This document shows positions 1 through 9,293 of a stretch of 35,500 nt of DNA, in pieces. Made by a program: the position numbers and the translations under genes. The notes under the pieces were generated by a model that saw only the letters and a program-made list of their open reading frames with translations, was not told where the DNA came from and ran no database searches. Each line of letters begins with the position of its first letter. The first letter of the stretch is position 1. The DNA is taken from NCBI GenBank assembly GCA_035497275.1, contig DATJDT010000096.1, forward strand, positions 1-35,500, in the 5' to 3' direction. The DNA is from Pedobacter sp. (GTDB lineage: Bacteria > Bacteroidota > Bacteroidia > Sphingobacteriales > Sphingobacteriaceae).

Positions 1-269
1 AGATTTACCAAGGCAGTAATTACAATAGTACAGGGGATAAAAAACTCTATCCATTTACTAGAAAACCTGATAATATCTAAAACACTTAAAAGGAGCGTTA
101 ATGAATGGCCAATGGTAAAGGCGGTAACGAGAATTAAGACCTGTTTAAAGTTTTTTGAGGTAAATACTGCCACCAAAGCCAAAATGAAAAGTTGGTGATC
201 TAAGGCGTCTAAGCTTACAATATGCGACCAACCAAGTCTAAAATAAAATAGAAAATCGGTTAATGGCAT
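1..269 (-). CDS. HupE/UreJ-family membrane protein, 5' part (runs off window start)
   Basis: Not in the ORF track. Manual translation from ATG at 269: MPLTDFLFYFRLGWSHIVSLDALDHQLFILALVAVF...LILVTAFTIGHSLTL. The DH and TAFTxGHS motifs are typical of the family. Confidence 0.85.
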   Translation of the reverse strand, partial: MPLTDFLFYFRLGWSHIVSLDALDHQLFILALVAVFTSKNFKQVLILVTAFTIGHSLTLLLSVLDIIRFSSKWIEFFIPCTIVITALVN

Positions 270-299
270 GGGATGTATTTCATAATTCAAAATAGCTGT

Positions 300-307
300 T
301 AACTTTG
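300..307 (+). promoter_or_regulatory. Bacteroidota housekeeping promoter -7 box (TAACTTTG)
   Basis: Matches TAnnTTTG, 28 nt before the ATG at 336. Confidence 0.5.
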
Positions 308-335
308 TATAGTAAATGTAATTTGTTTTAATCCA

Positions 336-830
336 ATGTTAGCTATTTATTCAAAATTGTTACTTGTTGCACTTTGGGTGGCAGGCCCCGTACACCCACT
401 TCATGTGAGTACTACGGAAATAAGTTTTAATCCAAAAGAAAAGAGTTTAGAGATAAGTTGCAGAATTTTTACTGACGATTTTGAAACTATTTTAGCCAAA
501 AGCTTTAAAACTAAAACAGACCTAATTAAGCCAGAAATGCACAAAGAAATGGATGCATTGATTAAGAAATACCTGGCAACTAACTTAAAATATCAGGTAA
601 ATGGCAAACCTGTAGTACCAAATTATATAGGTTTTGAGATAGACCATGAAGCTACAAATGTATACCTGGAGATTCAAAATGTATCGACTTTGCAGCGCAT
701 TAATCTCACTAATAGTATATTATACGATCTATTTGACGACCAAATGAATATATTGCATGTTGAAAGGGCAAGCGTGAGAAAAAGTGCTAGAACAAATTAT
801 CCATCAACCAGCTTAAGCGTAACGTTTTAA
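336..830 (+). CDS. Secreted DUF6702-like protein
   Basis: Signal peptide followed by HPLHVSTTEI...RIFTDDFE, resembling the Bacteroidota DUF6702 family. Confidence 0.7.
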   Translation: MLAIYSKLLLVALWVAGPVHPLHVSTTEISFNPKEKSLEISCRIFTDDFETILAKSFKTKTDLIKPEMHKEMDALIKKYLATNLKYQVNGKPVVPNYIGFEIDHEATNVYLEIQNVSTLQRINLTNSILYDLFDDQMNILHVERASVRKSARTNYPSTSLSVTF

Positions 831-842
831 TTAATTTTCACT

Positions 843-2153
843 ATGCAGTCATTGCTAATCTATTGCCCTAAAGTTTCGCCAAGAACTAAATACATATTCA
901 ATTTTATTTTTAGAGAAATTTTAGGCTGTGATTTTGAATTTACAAGCATCATTAGTGATTTTGAACAAAGTAGTGCCCCTAAAATAAGTTATGCTGAAAA
1001 GGCGTTGGCAGATGAACTTTTCTTCTGTGCGGCACCTTTGCTAACTAAGCATAACATTGAGCCAGTTAATATTGAAACCACCCTATTTGGTGATCAAAAA
1101 ATACCTTTTGCCGTAAAAGGTGGCGCCCTGCCATTTGATGTCTTTGCAGCTTCTTTCTATTTTATGAGTAGATATGAAGAATATTTACCCTTTAAAGCCG
1201 ACGACCATGGCCGCTACCGTGCCGAAGAAAGTTTACAATACAGATTAGATTTATTAGAAAGTCCGGTAATTGACGGTTGGGCATTAATTTTAAAGAATAT
1301 CCTGTTAAAAAAATTTCCCGCCCTTACTTTTGGCAAAAGAAAATTCACCTTTGTACCGACAATAGATGTTGATAGGGCCTATCATTTTAAATCGAGCGGA
1401 TTGGTTAAAAATACTGCTAGAATTTTCAAGGCCGCGATGAAGTTAAATACAGAAAAGGTAGTTGATATCATTTTAACCGGATTGGGTCAACACGATCCTT
1501 TCGACACTTACGACTATCTTACAGAAATTCATGAGCGTTATCATCAGCGAGCCACCTTTTTCTTTCTATTGGCCAAAAAAGGCCATGAAGAATTTGACAC
1601 AAACGTAAGTCCGGAGGATGAGACATTTATCACATTGATCAGTGAAATTGCTTCAAAATCCAATATTGGCATCCATCCTTCTTATGCTTCTAATACCGAA
1701 ACTAAAAAGATTAATGAGGAGTTAATCTCCCTTCAGCAAATTGCCAATCAAAAAGTTGATTCATCGCGACAGCACTTTCTAAAATTACACCTACCTCATA
1801 CCTACTTAAAACTAATAAAAGCTGGTATAAACCATGATTATTCGATGGGTTATGCTTCACAAGTTGGATTTAAAGCAGGCACTTGTACTCCATTTTTTTG
1901 GTACGATTTACAACTAGAGAAACAAGCCCATTTGAAAGTGCATCCTTTTGCAGTAATGGATGTTACCTTACAGCAATATTTAAGTTTAAGTCCGGAGATG
2001 GCCATGCAAAAAATAGATCAATTAATTGCTTCGGTAAAAATGGTCGACGGCACGCTTTGCAGCTTATGGCACAATGAATCATTATCGGAAAAAGGTAAAT
2101 GGAAAGGCTGGAAAGCGGTATATGAGCATTTATTGAAGAATACCCATCACTAA
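843..2153 (+). CDS. Polysaccharide deacetylase-family protein
   Basis: FYFMSRYEEY N-terminal motif; TIDVD, GIHPSY, RQHFL and LWHN motifs of the NodB/CE4-like fold. Confidence 0.75.
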   Translation: MQSLLIYCPKVSPRTKYIFNFIFREILGCDFEFTSIISDFEQSSAPKISYAEKALADELFFCAAPLLTKHNIEPVNIETTLFGDQKIPFAVKGGALPFDVFAASFYFMSRYEEYLPFKADDHGRYRAEESLQYRLDLLESPVIDGWALILKNILLKKFPALTFGKRKFTFVPTIDVDRAYHFKSSGLVKNTARIFKAAMKLNTEKVVDIILTGLGQHDPFDTYDYLTEIHERYHQRATFFFLLAKKGHEEFDTNVSPEDETFITLISEIASKSNIGIHPSYASNTETKKINEELISLQQIANQKVDSSRQHFLKLHLPHTYLKLIKAGINHDYSMGYASQVGFKAGTCTPFFWYDLQLEKQAHLKVHPFAVMDVTLQQYLSLSPEMAMQKIDQLIASVKMVDGTLCSLWHNESLSEKGKWKGWKAVYEHLLKNTHH

Positions 2154-2179
2154 GCCAACTTACGAAGTCGGCTTTTTTT
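2152..2179 (+). terminator. Probable intrinsic terminator
   Basis: AAGCCAACTT-ACG-AAGTCGGCTT stem (1 mismatch) plus T-tract directly after the stop codon. Confidence 0.55.
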
Positions 2180-2180
2180 A

Positions 2181-2188
2181 TATCTTTG
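2181..2188 (+). promoter_or_regulatory. -7 promoter box TATCTTTG for purD
   Basis: TAnnTTTG match ending 4 nt before the ATG at 2193. Confidence 0.55.
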
Positions 2189-2192
2189 CTTC

Positions 2193-3467
2193 ATGATGAC
2201 TATTTTACTATTAGGCTCTGGCGGAAGAGAATGTGCTTTTGCATGGAAAATGAGCCAATCTTCATTATGTGCTAAATTATTTATTGCACCTGGCAATGCT
2301 GGAACTGGCAGCTACGGAACGAACGTTAAACTAAATCCAAATGACTTTGAGGCAGTAAAGAGTTTGGTATTAAAAGAAAATATCAACTTAGTTGTAGTTG
2401 GTCCTGAAGAACCTTTAGTAAATGGCATACATGACTTCTTTGTAAATGATGAAGCATTAGCGCATATTCCTGTAATTGGACCAAAAAAAGAGGGCGCAGT
2501 TTTAGAAGGAAGCAAGGACTTTTCTAAGCAGTTTATGGAGCGTCATGGCATCCCTACTGCGAAATCTAAATCCTTTTCTAATGCCAACTTAGCTGATGGA
2601 TTAGCTTATCTGCAAAATCATGCAATGCCAGTGGTTTTAAAAGCCGATGGTTTAGCAGCTGGGAAGGGTGTATTGATAATCGATAATCCGGCCGAAGCAC
2701 AGGAAGAGCTGAAATTGATGTTGGGCGGTAAATTTGGCAATGCGGGATCTACTGTTGTAATTGAAGAGTTTTTAACTGGAATAGAGCTATCTGTATTTGT
2801 ATTGAGCGATGGCAAAAACTATGTAACCTTACCTGAAGCAAAGGATTATAAAAGAATTGGGCAGGGCGATACGGGGCTTAACACAGGGGGAATGGGTTCG
2901 GTATCTCCGGTTCCATTTGCTGATGAGGTATTTTTGGCTAAGATCAAGCATTCCATTATCCAACCTACTATTGATGGTTTATTGAAAGATGGGATTGATT
3001 ATACTGGTTTTATATTCTTCGGCTTAATTAAAGTTGGTGATGAGCCTTATGTAATTGAATATAACTGTAGAATGGGCGACCCAGAAACAGAAAGTGTAAT
3101 ACCAAGGATAGAGAATGATTTGGTGGAGTTATTTATGGCCTGTGCTGATAAAAAACTGGCAAACTATCAATTGAATATCAGCAAGAAGCATGCGGCTACG
3201 GTGATGATCGTTGCTGGCGGCTATCCTGGCGATTATGAAAAAGGCAAGGCTATGTCGGGTATTGAGAACATGCGCGACTCTTTGGCATTTCATGCTGGAA
3301 CAAGTTTAGAAGGCGGCGTGGTGAAAACGAATGGCGGTAGGGTTTTGGCAGTAACAAGTGTTCAAGATAATCAGTTTGAAGCGTTACAATCGGCCACTGC
3401 TGATGCTGCTCGCATTTACTTTGACGGTAAATATTTTAGGGAAGATATTGGGTTTGACTTGATGTAA
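2193..3467 (+). CDS. purD: Phosphoribosylamine--glycine ligase
   Basis: GSGGRE, APGNAG, KADGLAAGKGV, DTGLNTGGMG and RMGDPE motifs. Confidence 0.97.
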   Translation: MMTILLLGSGGRECAFAWKMSQSSLCAKLFIAPGNAGTGSYGTNVKLNPNDFEAVKSLVLKENINLVVVGPEEPLVNGIHDFFVNDEALAHIPVIGPKKEGAVLEGSKDFSKQFMERHGIPTAKSKSFSNANLADGLAYLQNHAMPVVLKADGLAAGKGVLIIDNPAEAQEELKLMLGGKFGNAGSTVVIEEFLTGIELSVFVLSDGKNYVTLPEAKDYKRIGQGDTGLNTGGMGSVSPVPFADEVFLAKIKHSIIQPTIDGLLKDGIDYTGFIFFGLIKVGDEPYVIEYNCRMGDPETESVIPRIENDLVELFMACADKKLANYQLNISKKHAATVMIVAGGYPGDYEKGKAMSGIENMRDSLAFHAGTSLEGGVVKTNGGRVLAVTSVQDNQFEALQSATADAARIYFDGKYFREDIGFDLM

Positions 3468-3485
3468 GCAAGCTCACAAGTCCAT

Positions 3486-3521
3486 AAAAAAGCCCCGTAT
3501 TTTGATAATACGGGGCTTTTT
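3486..3521. terminator. Bidirectional intrinsic terminator between convergent genes
   Basis: AAAAAGCCCCGTATT...AATACGGGGCTTTTT inverted repeat with A- and T-tracts. Confidence 0.85.
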
Positions 3522-3540
3522 CGTTGTTAAAAACAACTCA

Positions 3541-4701
3541 TTATTTAGTTTTATCGCCTAATAATTTTGCTAATGTATTATGTAATTCTTCACCTCTTAA
3601 ACCTTTAGCAACAATTTTACCAGTTGGGTCGATTAAGAAGTTAGCAGGGATACCATTGATACCATATAGATGTCTAGGCTCATTATCCCATCCTTTTAGT
3701 TCAGAAACATGAGTCCAAGTTAATTTGTCATCAGCAACTGCTTTTAACCAATCTTCTTTAGTTGTTTTAGTAGTTCCACCATCAAATGATACACCTAAAA
3801 TGGTAAAGTTTTTATCTTTGAATTTGTTATAAGCAGCAACTACGTTTGGATTTTCTTGTCTGCAAGGACCGCACCACGCTGCCCAGAAATCAATTAACAC
3901 ATATTTACCTTTAAAGTCAGATAACTTAACCGGTTTACCATCAGGATCATTTTGTGTAAAATCCATTGCCATTGCACCAATCGCTGTTTTCTTAGCCGCT
4001 ACAAAAGTCATCGCTAAGTTTTTACCTACTTTGCTTGATTTCAATTCGTCACTTAAACTAGCAAAAATGGTTTCAGCTTCATTGGCATATTCTGCGCTGC
4101 TTGTAAACTGTGATAAAGTTGTTAAGCTAATATATGATTTCGGATTTTGTTTCGCGAAAGCTAAATAAATGGGATCCATTGCTTTTCCGATAGCTTTGAA
4201 TTTCTCTGAGAAAGGCGCCATTACATCTTTATCCTTTTTTTGCTCAGGAGTTAATTTGGCAACTTCGTCACTTAATGCATTCCTTTGATCATTAAGAGGT
4301 TTTAACATGGCTGCTAACTTCGCGTTATCATCATTTACCGGAGTGCCTGACGCTTTTGATGATTTGATCGAGTCTGTAGAATTTACTTTAATATTACCTG
4401 GCTCTACATATAACATTGAATAATCTAATGTGCGCGGATCTACTTCTTTTACAACATAAGGATTAGTATTTCTAAATAAATTACTTGGAAGCGGATCTGT
4501 TGAAGCTAAGCTCCCTTTAAATTCGAAAGCTCCATTTGTTACAATGGCAGAATCTGTAACGCGGGCACCTCCTTGACTATAGACCAAATATATCTTGTCG
4601 CCATTCTTTAAACTTTTTGCACTTCCTTTTACGGTAAAAGGATTTTGTGCCATCAATGCCATTGGTGCTAAGCAAAGGGCAGATAATATCAATTTTTTCA
4701 T
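3541..4701 (-). CDS. TlpA/AhpC-TSA disulfide reductase with N-terminal DUF4369-like domain
   Basis: Signal peptide; DFWAAWCGPC redox motif; IPANFLIDP. Confidence 0.9.
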   Translation of the reverse strand: MKKLILSALCLAPMALMAQNPFTVKGSAKSLKNGDKIYLVYSQGGARVTDSAIVTNGAFEFKGSLASTDPLPSNLFRNTNPYVVKEVDPRTLDYSMLYVEPGNIKVNSTDSIKSSKASGTPVNDDNAKLAAMLKPLNDQRNALSDEVAKLTPEQKKDKDVMAPFSEKFKAIGKAMDPIYLAFAKQNPKSYISLTTLSQFTSSAEYANEAETIFASLSDELKSSKVGKNLAMTFVAAKKTAIGAMAMDFTQNDPDGKPVKLSDFKGKYVLIDFWAAWCGPCRQENPNVVAAYNKFKDKNFTILGVSFDGGTTKTTKEDWLKAVADDKLTWTHVSELKGWDNEPRHLYGINGIPANFLIDPTGKIVAKGLRGEELHNTLAKLLGDKTK

Positions 4702-4769
4702 AACTTTTATATTTTGCTCAAGCTAAAAAATAGCAAAGCTGTTTAAGGGTTTTTAGGTATTTTATTATT

Positions 4770-4777
4770 CAAAGATA
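4770..4777 (-). promoter_or_regulatory. -7 promoter box TATCTTTG for the TlpA gene
   Basis: TAnnTTTG match on the minus strand upstream of 4701. Confidence 0.45.
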
Positions 4778-4815
4778 GCACTTTACAGATAAACTCAATT
4801 AATTCAATTGTAAAA

Positions 4816-5997
4816 TTAACTTAGCTTTTGGTAAGTTCGCCACCACAAATCTGGCATCTCTCCATTAACTGCAGTATTGTAATCATCGTACCTACATGGC
4901 ACTAAATGATATCGTTCATTTTTAGATATCCCAATTGGGTAAGGAACCTGCATCCACCAACGATCTGAACGCTTACTTTTAACGAAACTCATTTCGCCAG
5001 AGCCATCCTTTAAACTAGTTCTGTAAATGATATATTGGGACTTTGGTGTGAGTGGGAAATCTTGCTTTCTATTATAATATCCTTCGATAAAATACCAAAC
5101 CATTTGGGCTAAAAGCATTGCCGTCTGACCATTCTTATCAAAGGCTGGATTAAACTCATAAAATCCTATTGAGGTTAATTTATCGTTCATGCCTGCATAC
5201 CTAGCAATCCTACAAGCATCCTCTCCGTAAAAACCATTTGGGCCTGCGTTAGCGTTTGCCCCCGCATCTCCAGATCTTATCGCTCCTATATCAAAGCTTA
5301 TCATATTCGCATTTCGAATAACAGGCTCGGTTAAACCAATATCCTGCATAAATTCACCTAAACGATGTACGTCGAAATATAGCTTATCCATTACTTTTAA
5401 GCTCTCTTGGTTTACAAAATAAGTTTGGTAGCCAATATTGCTAAAATTGAAAAGGAAATTTGGCTGATGTAGAAAAATCTTGCTCAGATAAGAGTTCGAG
5501 GTTGTAATGATGTCTTCATGCTGATCCTCTTCCAAGTCAAACTTTGAATCGACTACCACTAAATCTACCTTTTGTTCCAAGCCTTCATAGGCCATGTATT
5601 GCGCATAAGTTAAGTCTTGGCCACCACCAATAATGACAGGTAAAATATGCCATTTAATAAGTTGCTCAACCACAGTTTTAACTGCAAAGTAAGTATCAGA
5701 TATTTCATTGCCAGCAATAATATTGCCTAAATCAACAATTTTACTGGTGAAAGCTCCTTCATTTAAAAGGTAAAATTGTTCTCTAAAGTAATCTGCTGCT
5801 AATGAACAGCCGCTGTTATTGATAGAACCACGGTCATCTTTAACGCTAAAAATGGCAATATCATAGCTTTTCTCTTCCAATTCAGGAAAATGATCAGTAT
5901 AAAAATCAACTTTCAATCCTAGCTGACTTGTGTAAAATCCTTTTTTGGGACTGAACTGGTCAGGATTGATGGGCGAAAAAAAATCTGATAAAGACAT
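4816..5997 (-). CDS. Arginase/formimidoylglutamase-family protein
   Basis: DLGNI, IIGGGQDLTY, PNGFYGE and GFYEFNP motifs. Start is placed at MSLSDFF (ATG 5997) rather than 6102. Confidence 0.8.
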   Translation of the reverse strand: MSLSDFFSPINPDQFSPKKGFYTSQLGLKVDFYTDHFPELEEKSYDIAIFSVKDDRGSINNSGCSLAADYFREQFYLLNEGAFTSKIVDLGNIIAGNEISDTYFAVKTVVEQLIKWHILPVIIGGGQDLTYAQYMAYEGLEQKVDLVVVDSKFDLEEDQHEDIITTSNSYLSKIFLHQPNFLFNFSNIGYQTYFVNQESLKVMDKLYFDVHRLGEFMQDIGLTEPVIRNANMISFDIGAIRSGDAGANANAGPNGFYGEDACRIARYAGMNDKLTSIGFYEFNPAFDKNGQTAMLLAQMVWYFIEGYYNRKQDFPLTPKSQYIIYRTSLKDGSGEMSFVKSKRSDRWWMQVPYPIGISKNERYHLVPCRYDDYNTAVNGEMPDLWWRTYQKLS

Positions 5998-6145
5998 AAA
6001 AGCGATATAAATGTTTGGGCTCAAATATCTATTTTTGGACGCATATATTAATGAACATCCTAAAAAAAATGAACCGTCCATGGTTAAATCATTATTAAAC
6101 ACCTCAAGAAATAGCTATTTAACCGTGGAAAGCTCCGTCTGACAA

Positions 6146-7141
6146 ATGAAAACAACAAAACAAACAGATGAAATGATACTTGTAACGGGCGCAACTGGGT
6201 TTTTAGGGGCAGAATTAATCCATCAGCTGACGGCTCAAAATTATAAGGTTCGTGCTTTAAGAAGAAGTAGCTCTGTTATTCCAGATTTAATTAAAGAAAA
6301 TACTTTAATTGAGTGGTTTATTGCTGACATCAATGATTCGGAAACTTTAGCGGAGGCTTTTGACTCAATTACCCAAGTATATCATTGTGCTGCCTTTATC
6401 TCTTTTAATCCGAAGGATAAGGCTAAACTTTTGAAAATAAACATTGAAGGTACATCCAACATTGTAAATCTGTGTTTAGAAAACAACGTACGTTTATTGC
6501 ATGTAAGTTCAATCGCTGCATTGGGCAATGCAAAAAAAGGGGAATTAATTACGGAGAAAAATTATTGGGAGTATGACCCGCGTGTTCATGCCTATGCCAT
6601 TTCGAAATATGAGGGAGAGATGGAAGTATGGCGTGGGATTGCAGAAGGTTTAGACGCAATTATTGTGAACCCCGCAGTAATTATAGGAAAAAATGCAGGG
6701 TTTGATGGCAGTGGCGCAATTTTTAAATTGGTTAAAAACGGGTTAAATTTTTATACCGATGGAGCAACTGGGATAGTAGATGTAACTGATGTAGCCACCT
6801 GTATGATCAGCTTAATGAACAGCAAAAATAGCGCAGAACGTTATACTTTATCTGCCGATAACTTGAATTACAAAGACTTTTTTACGGAAATAGCCAAGGG
6901 ATTTGGTATAAAGGCTCCTTCAATTGAAGCCAAGCCATGGATGCTTGGTATTGCATGGCGCGCAGCTAAACTAGCCTCTTTGTTTACCAGAAAAGTGCCC
7001 GCCCTTACAAAAGACTCGGCTCGAAGTAGCTTTAATTTGAGCTATTATAGCAATGAAAAGATTAAAACGACAATAAATATTAACTTTAAGCCCTTAACAG
7101 AAAGCATTCGAGAAGTTTGCGTTGCCTTAAATAAAAGATGA
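6146..7141 (+). CDS. NAD-dependent epimerase/dehydratase (extended SDR)
   Basis: VTGATGFLG, HCAA, VSSIAA and YAISK (YxxxK) motifs. The true start may be the Met of MILVTG. Confidence 0.9.
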   Translation: MKTTKQTDEMILVTGATGFLGAELIHQLTAQNYKVRALRRSSSVIPDLIKENTLIEWFIADINDSETLAEAFDSITQVYHCAAFISFNPKDKAKLLKINIEGTSNIVNLCLENNVRLLHVSSIAALGNAKKGELITEKNYWEYDPRVHAYAISKYEGEMEVWRGIAEGLDAIIVNPAVIIGKNAGFDGSGAIFKLVKNGLNFYTDGATGIVDVTDVATCMISLMNSKNSAERYTLSADNLNYKDFFTEIAKGFGIKAPSIEAKPWMLGIAWRAAKLASLFTRKVPALTKDSARSSFNLSYYSNEKIKTTININFKPLTESIREVCVALNKR

Positions 7142-8436
7142 ACAATAAAAATTATTACATTATTGATTTCGATAGTACTTTCACTCAAGTAGAAGCGCTA
7201 GATGAATTAGCCAGAATCTCCCTTAACAAACACCCAGAAAAAGAAGCCATCTTTAAAAAAATTGAAGATTATACCAATTTGGCTATGGAGGGTAAGCTTT
7301 CATTTTCGGAGAGCCTTGCTAAACGGGTGCAATTATTGGAGGCTAATGAAGATCATTTAAAGCAATTAATTACACGGTTAAAAAAGAAAGTATCTGCTTC
7401 ATTTTCTCGTAATGCAGCTTTTTTTAAAAAACATGCTGATGAAGTATTGATCGTTTCTGGTGGATTTAAAGAATTTATTACACCTGTCGTTAGTCAGTAT
7501 CATATTAAAAAGGAAAATATCTATGCCAATACTTTTGTAACTACAGGTGATGGAAAAATTATAGATTACGATCATGCGAACCCATTAAGTGAGGAAGGTG
7601 GCAAGGTAAAATTGATGCGTCAAATGGAGTTAAAGGGTAATCTTTATGGCATTGGCGACGGCTACTCGGATTATCAGCTTCGCGAAAGTGGGTTAATTAA
7701 AAAGTTCTTTGCCTTTACCGAAAATATTGCTCGAGAGAGTATTGTTTCAAAAGCTGACCACGTTACGCCAAGTTTTGATGAATTTTTATATGTTAACAAT
7801 TTACCAAGGGCAATATCTTATCCCAAAAATAGAATTCTCTGTTTAGTGGTTGGGGAAATTCCAAAAGCGAGCATTGACATACTAAAAAGGGATGGTTTTT
7901 CTATTAGGCATAAAACCACATTTGAAGAAAAATATGTAGCTGATGTGGGAATGATTTTATTAGCTGATGGGGAGAAAATTGAGCAAGAAAAATTAGAACG
8001 AGCTGTAAAATTAAAAACCATTGGCTATTTAGGAAGTGCTAAAAACAAGTTCTCATTTCAAACCTGCACAGATATGGGGATTGTTGTTTTCGATGACCCA
8101 AAAAGCAATCCAAGGAGTTCTACTTTTATTCCGAAAAGAGTTATTGATTTCATGAACAAGGGAACAACTTACATGAGTAGCAACTTTCCTAATTTACAAT
8201 TGCCTGCTATTGATAAATCGCACCGTTTAATTCACATTCACAGAAATGTACCTGGTATTATGGCGCAAATCAACACCATTTTCGCGAAACACGATATTAA
8301 TATTGTTGGTCAATTTCTAATGACGAACGCAAGTGTTGGTTATGCGATAACCGATATCAATACCGAGTATGATAAGCAACTATTTAAGTCTTTAAAGAAG
8401 ATTGAGAATACGATAAAATTTAGGGTGTTGTATTAA
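7138..8436 (+). CDS. HAD-IB phosphoserine-phosphatase-like protein fused to a SerA remnant and ACT domain
   Basis: DFDST, VSGGF and GDGYSD HAD motifs; C-terminal IHIHRNVPG...FRVLY resembles the SerA ACT domain. ATGA overlap with the upstream gene. Confidence 0.8.
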   Translation: MNNKNYYIIDFDSTFTQVEALDELARISLNKHPEKEAIFKKIEDYTNLAMEGKLSFSESLAKRVQLLEANEDHLKQLITRLKKKVSASFSRNAAFFKKHADEVLIVSGGFKEFITPVVSQYHIKKENIYANTFVTTGDGKIIDYDHANPLSEEGGKVKLMRQMELKGNLYGIGDGYSDYQLRESGLIKKFFAFTENIARESIVSKADHVTPSFDEFLYVNNLPRAISYPKNRILCLVVGEIPKASIDILKRDGFSIRHKTTFEEKYVADVGMILLADGEKIEQEKLERAVKLKTIGYLGSAKNKFSFQTCTDMGIVVFDDPKSNPRSSTFIPKRVIDFMNKGTTYMSSNFPNLQLPAIDKSHRLIHIHRNVPGIMAQINTIFAKHDINIVGQFLMTNASVGYAITDINTEYDKQLFKSLKKIENTIKFRVLY

Positions 8437-8531
8437 TTTTTGTTGGCGGCTTTAGTTGTGTGTTTTGGCTTACGCATTATTAGAGACTTTGTTATTATGC
8501 ACTTGTTATTATTCAGTAGTTGTTATACACT

Positions 8532-8585
8532 TTGTTATTATACACTTTGACAATCTTTAAAGATTGTCAAAGTGTATAATAACAA
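8532..8585. repeat. REP-like perfect palindrome, copy 1 (54 bp, no loop)
   Basis: TTGTTATTATACACTTTGACAATCTTT|AAAGATTGTCAAAGTGTATAATAACAA, paired base by base. Confidence 0.95.
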
Positions 8586-8702
8586 CTGAATTCGAGACTA
8601 CGTTTAAGTTATAGAATTAAAGTTTGCAAACTATTTTTTAACTACCAATATGTAATTAAAAATAGTTTATAATATGTTCATTTTAAAGCTATAGATTAAG
8701 CT

Positions 8703-9293
8703 ATGGCTAAAGTAGAACACTATTTTACACGCTTCGAGGAAGGTGAATTTTATCATGTTTATAACAGAACAATCGATAAAAAATTAATGTTCAGAAATGA
8801 AGAGAACAATCATTTCTTTCTAAAAAAAATCCACTTTTATTTGGATGAAGTTGTAACAATATATGTCTATTGTTTATTGCAAAATCATTTTCATTTTCTA
8901 ATAAGGGTCTCGGATAACCTTGATGAATATAGAATGGAAAATCCAATTTATGCCACTTCCAGCACTCATGATATAGTAAGTAGACAATTTAGAAGATTTT
9001 TTCAATGCTACGCCTTGTCTTTTAATAGGCAGCATAATCGATGTGGTACACTATTTCAAACTCCCTTTAAGAGAGCTCGTATAAAAAACAATGAATATTT
9101 GATTTACCTCGTTTATTATATTCATTCGAACTCCCAAAAGCATGAACTTGTACCCGATTTTAAGCATTGGAATTGGAGTTCATACAACAAAATTTTAGAA
9201 GAAAAGAATCCTACAAACCGAGAAATTATTCAATGGTTTGGAGGAATAAAGGATTATATCAATTTCCATTCCACCCACTTTGACAATCTTTAA
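8703..9293 (+). mobile_element. REP-associated tyrosine transposase (RAYT-like, IS200-related Y1/HUH)
   Basis: YHVYNR, YCLLQNHFHFL (HUH), GTLFQTPFK, YYIHSN (catalytic Tyr region) and WSSY motifs; flanked by shared palindromes. Confidence 0.88.

Noticed and set aside
5998-6102. N-terminal extensions in the ORF track for the arginase-like gene (also sdaA 30945-30992)
   Set aside because: They overlap divergent promoter regions; downstream ATGs fit family N-termini and promoter position better.
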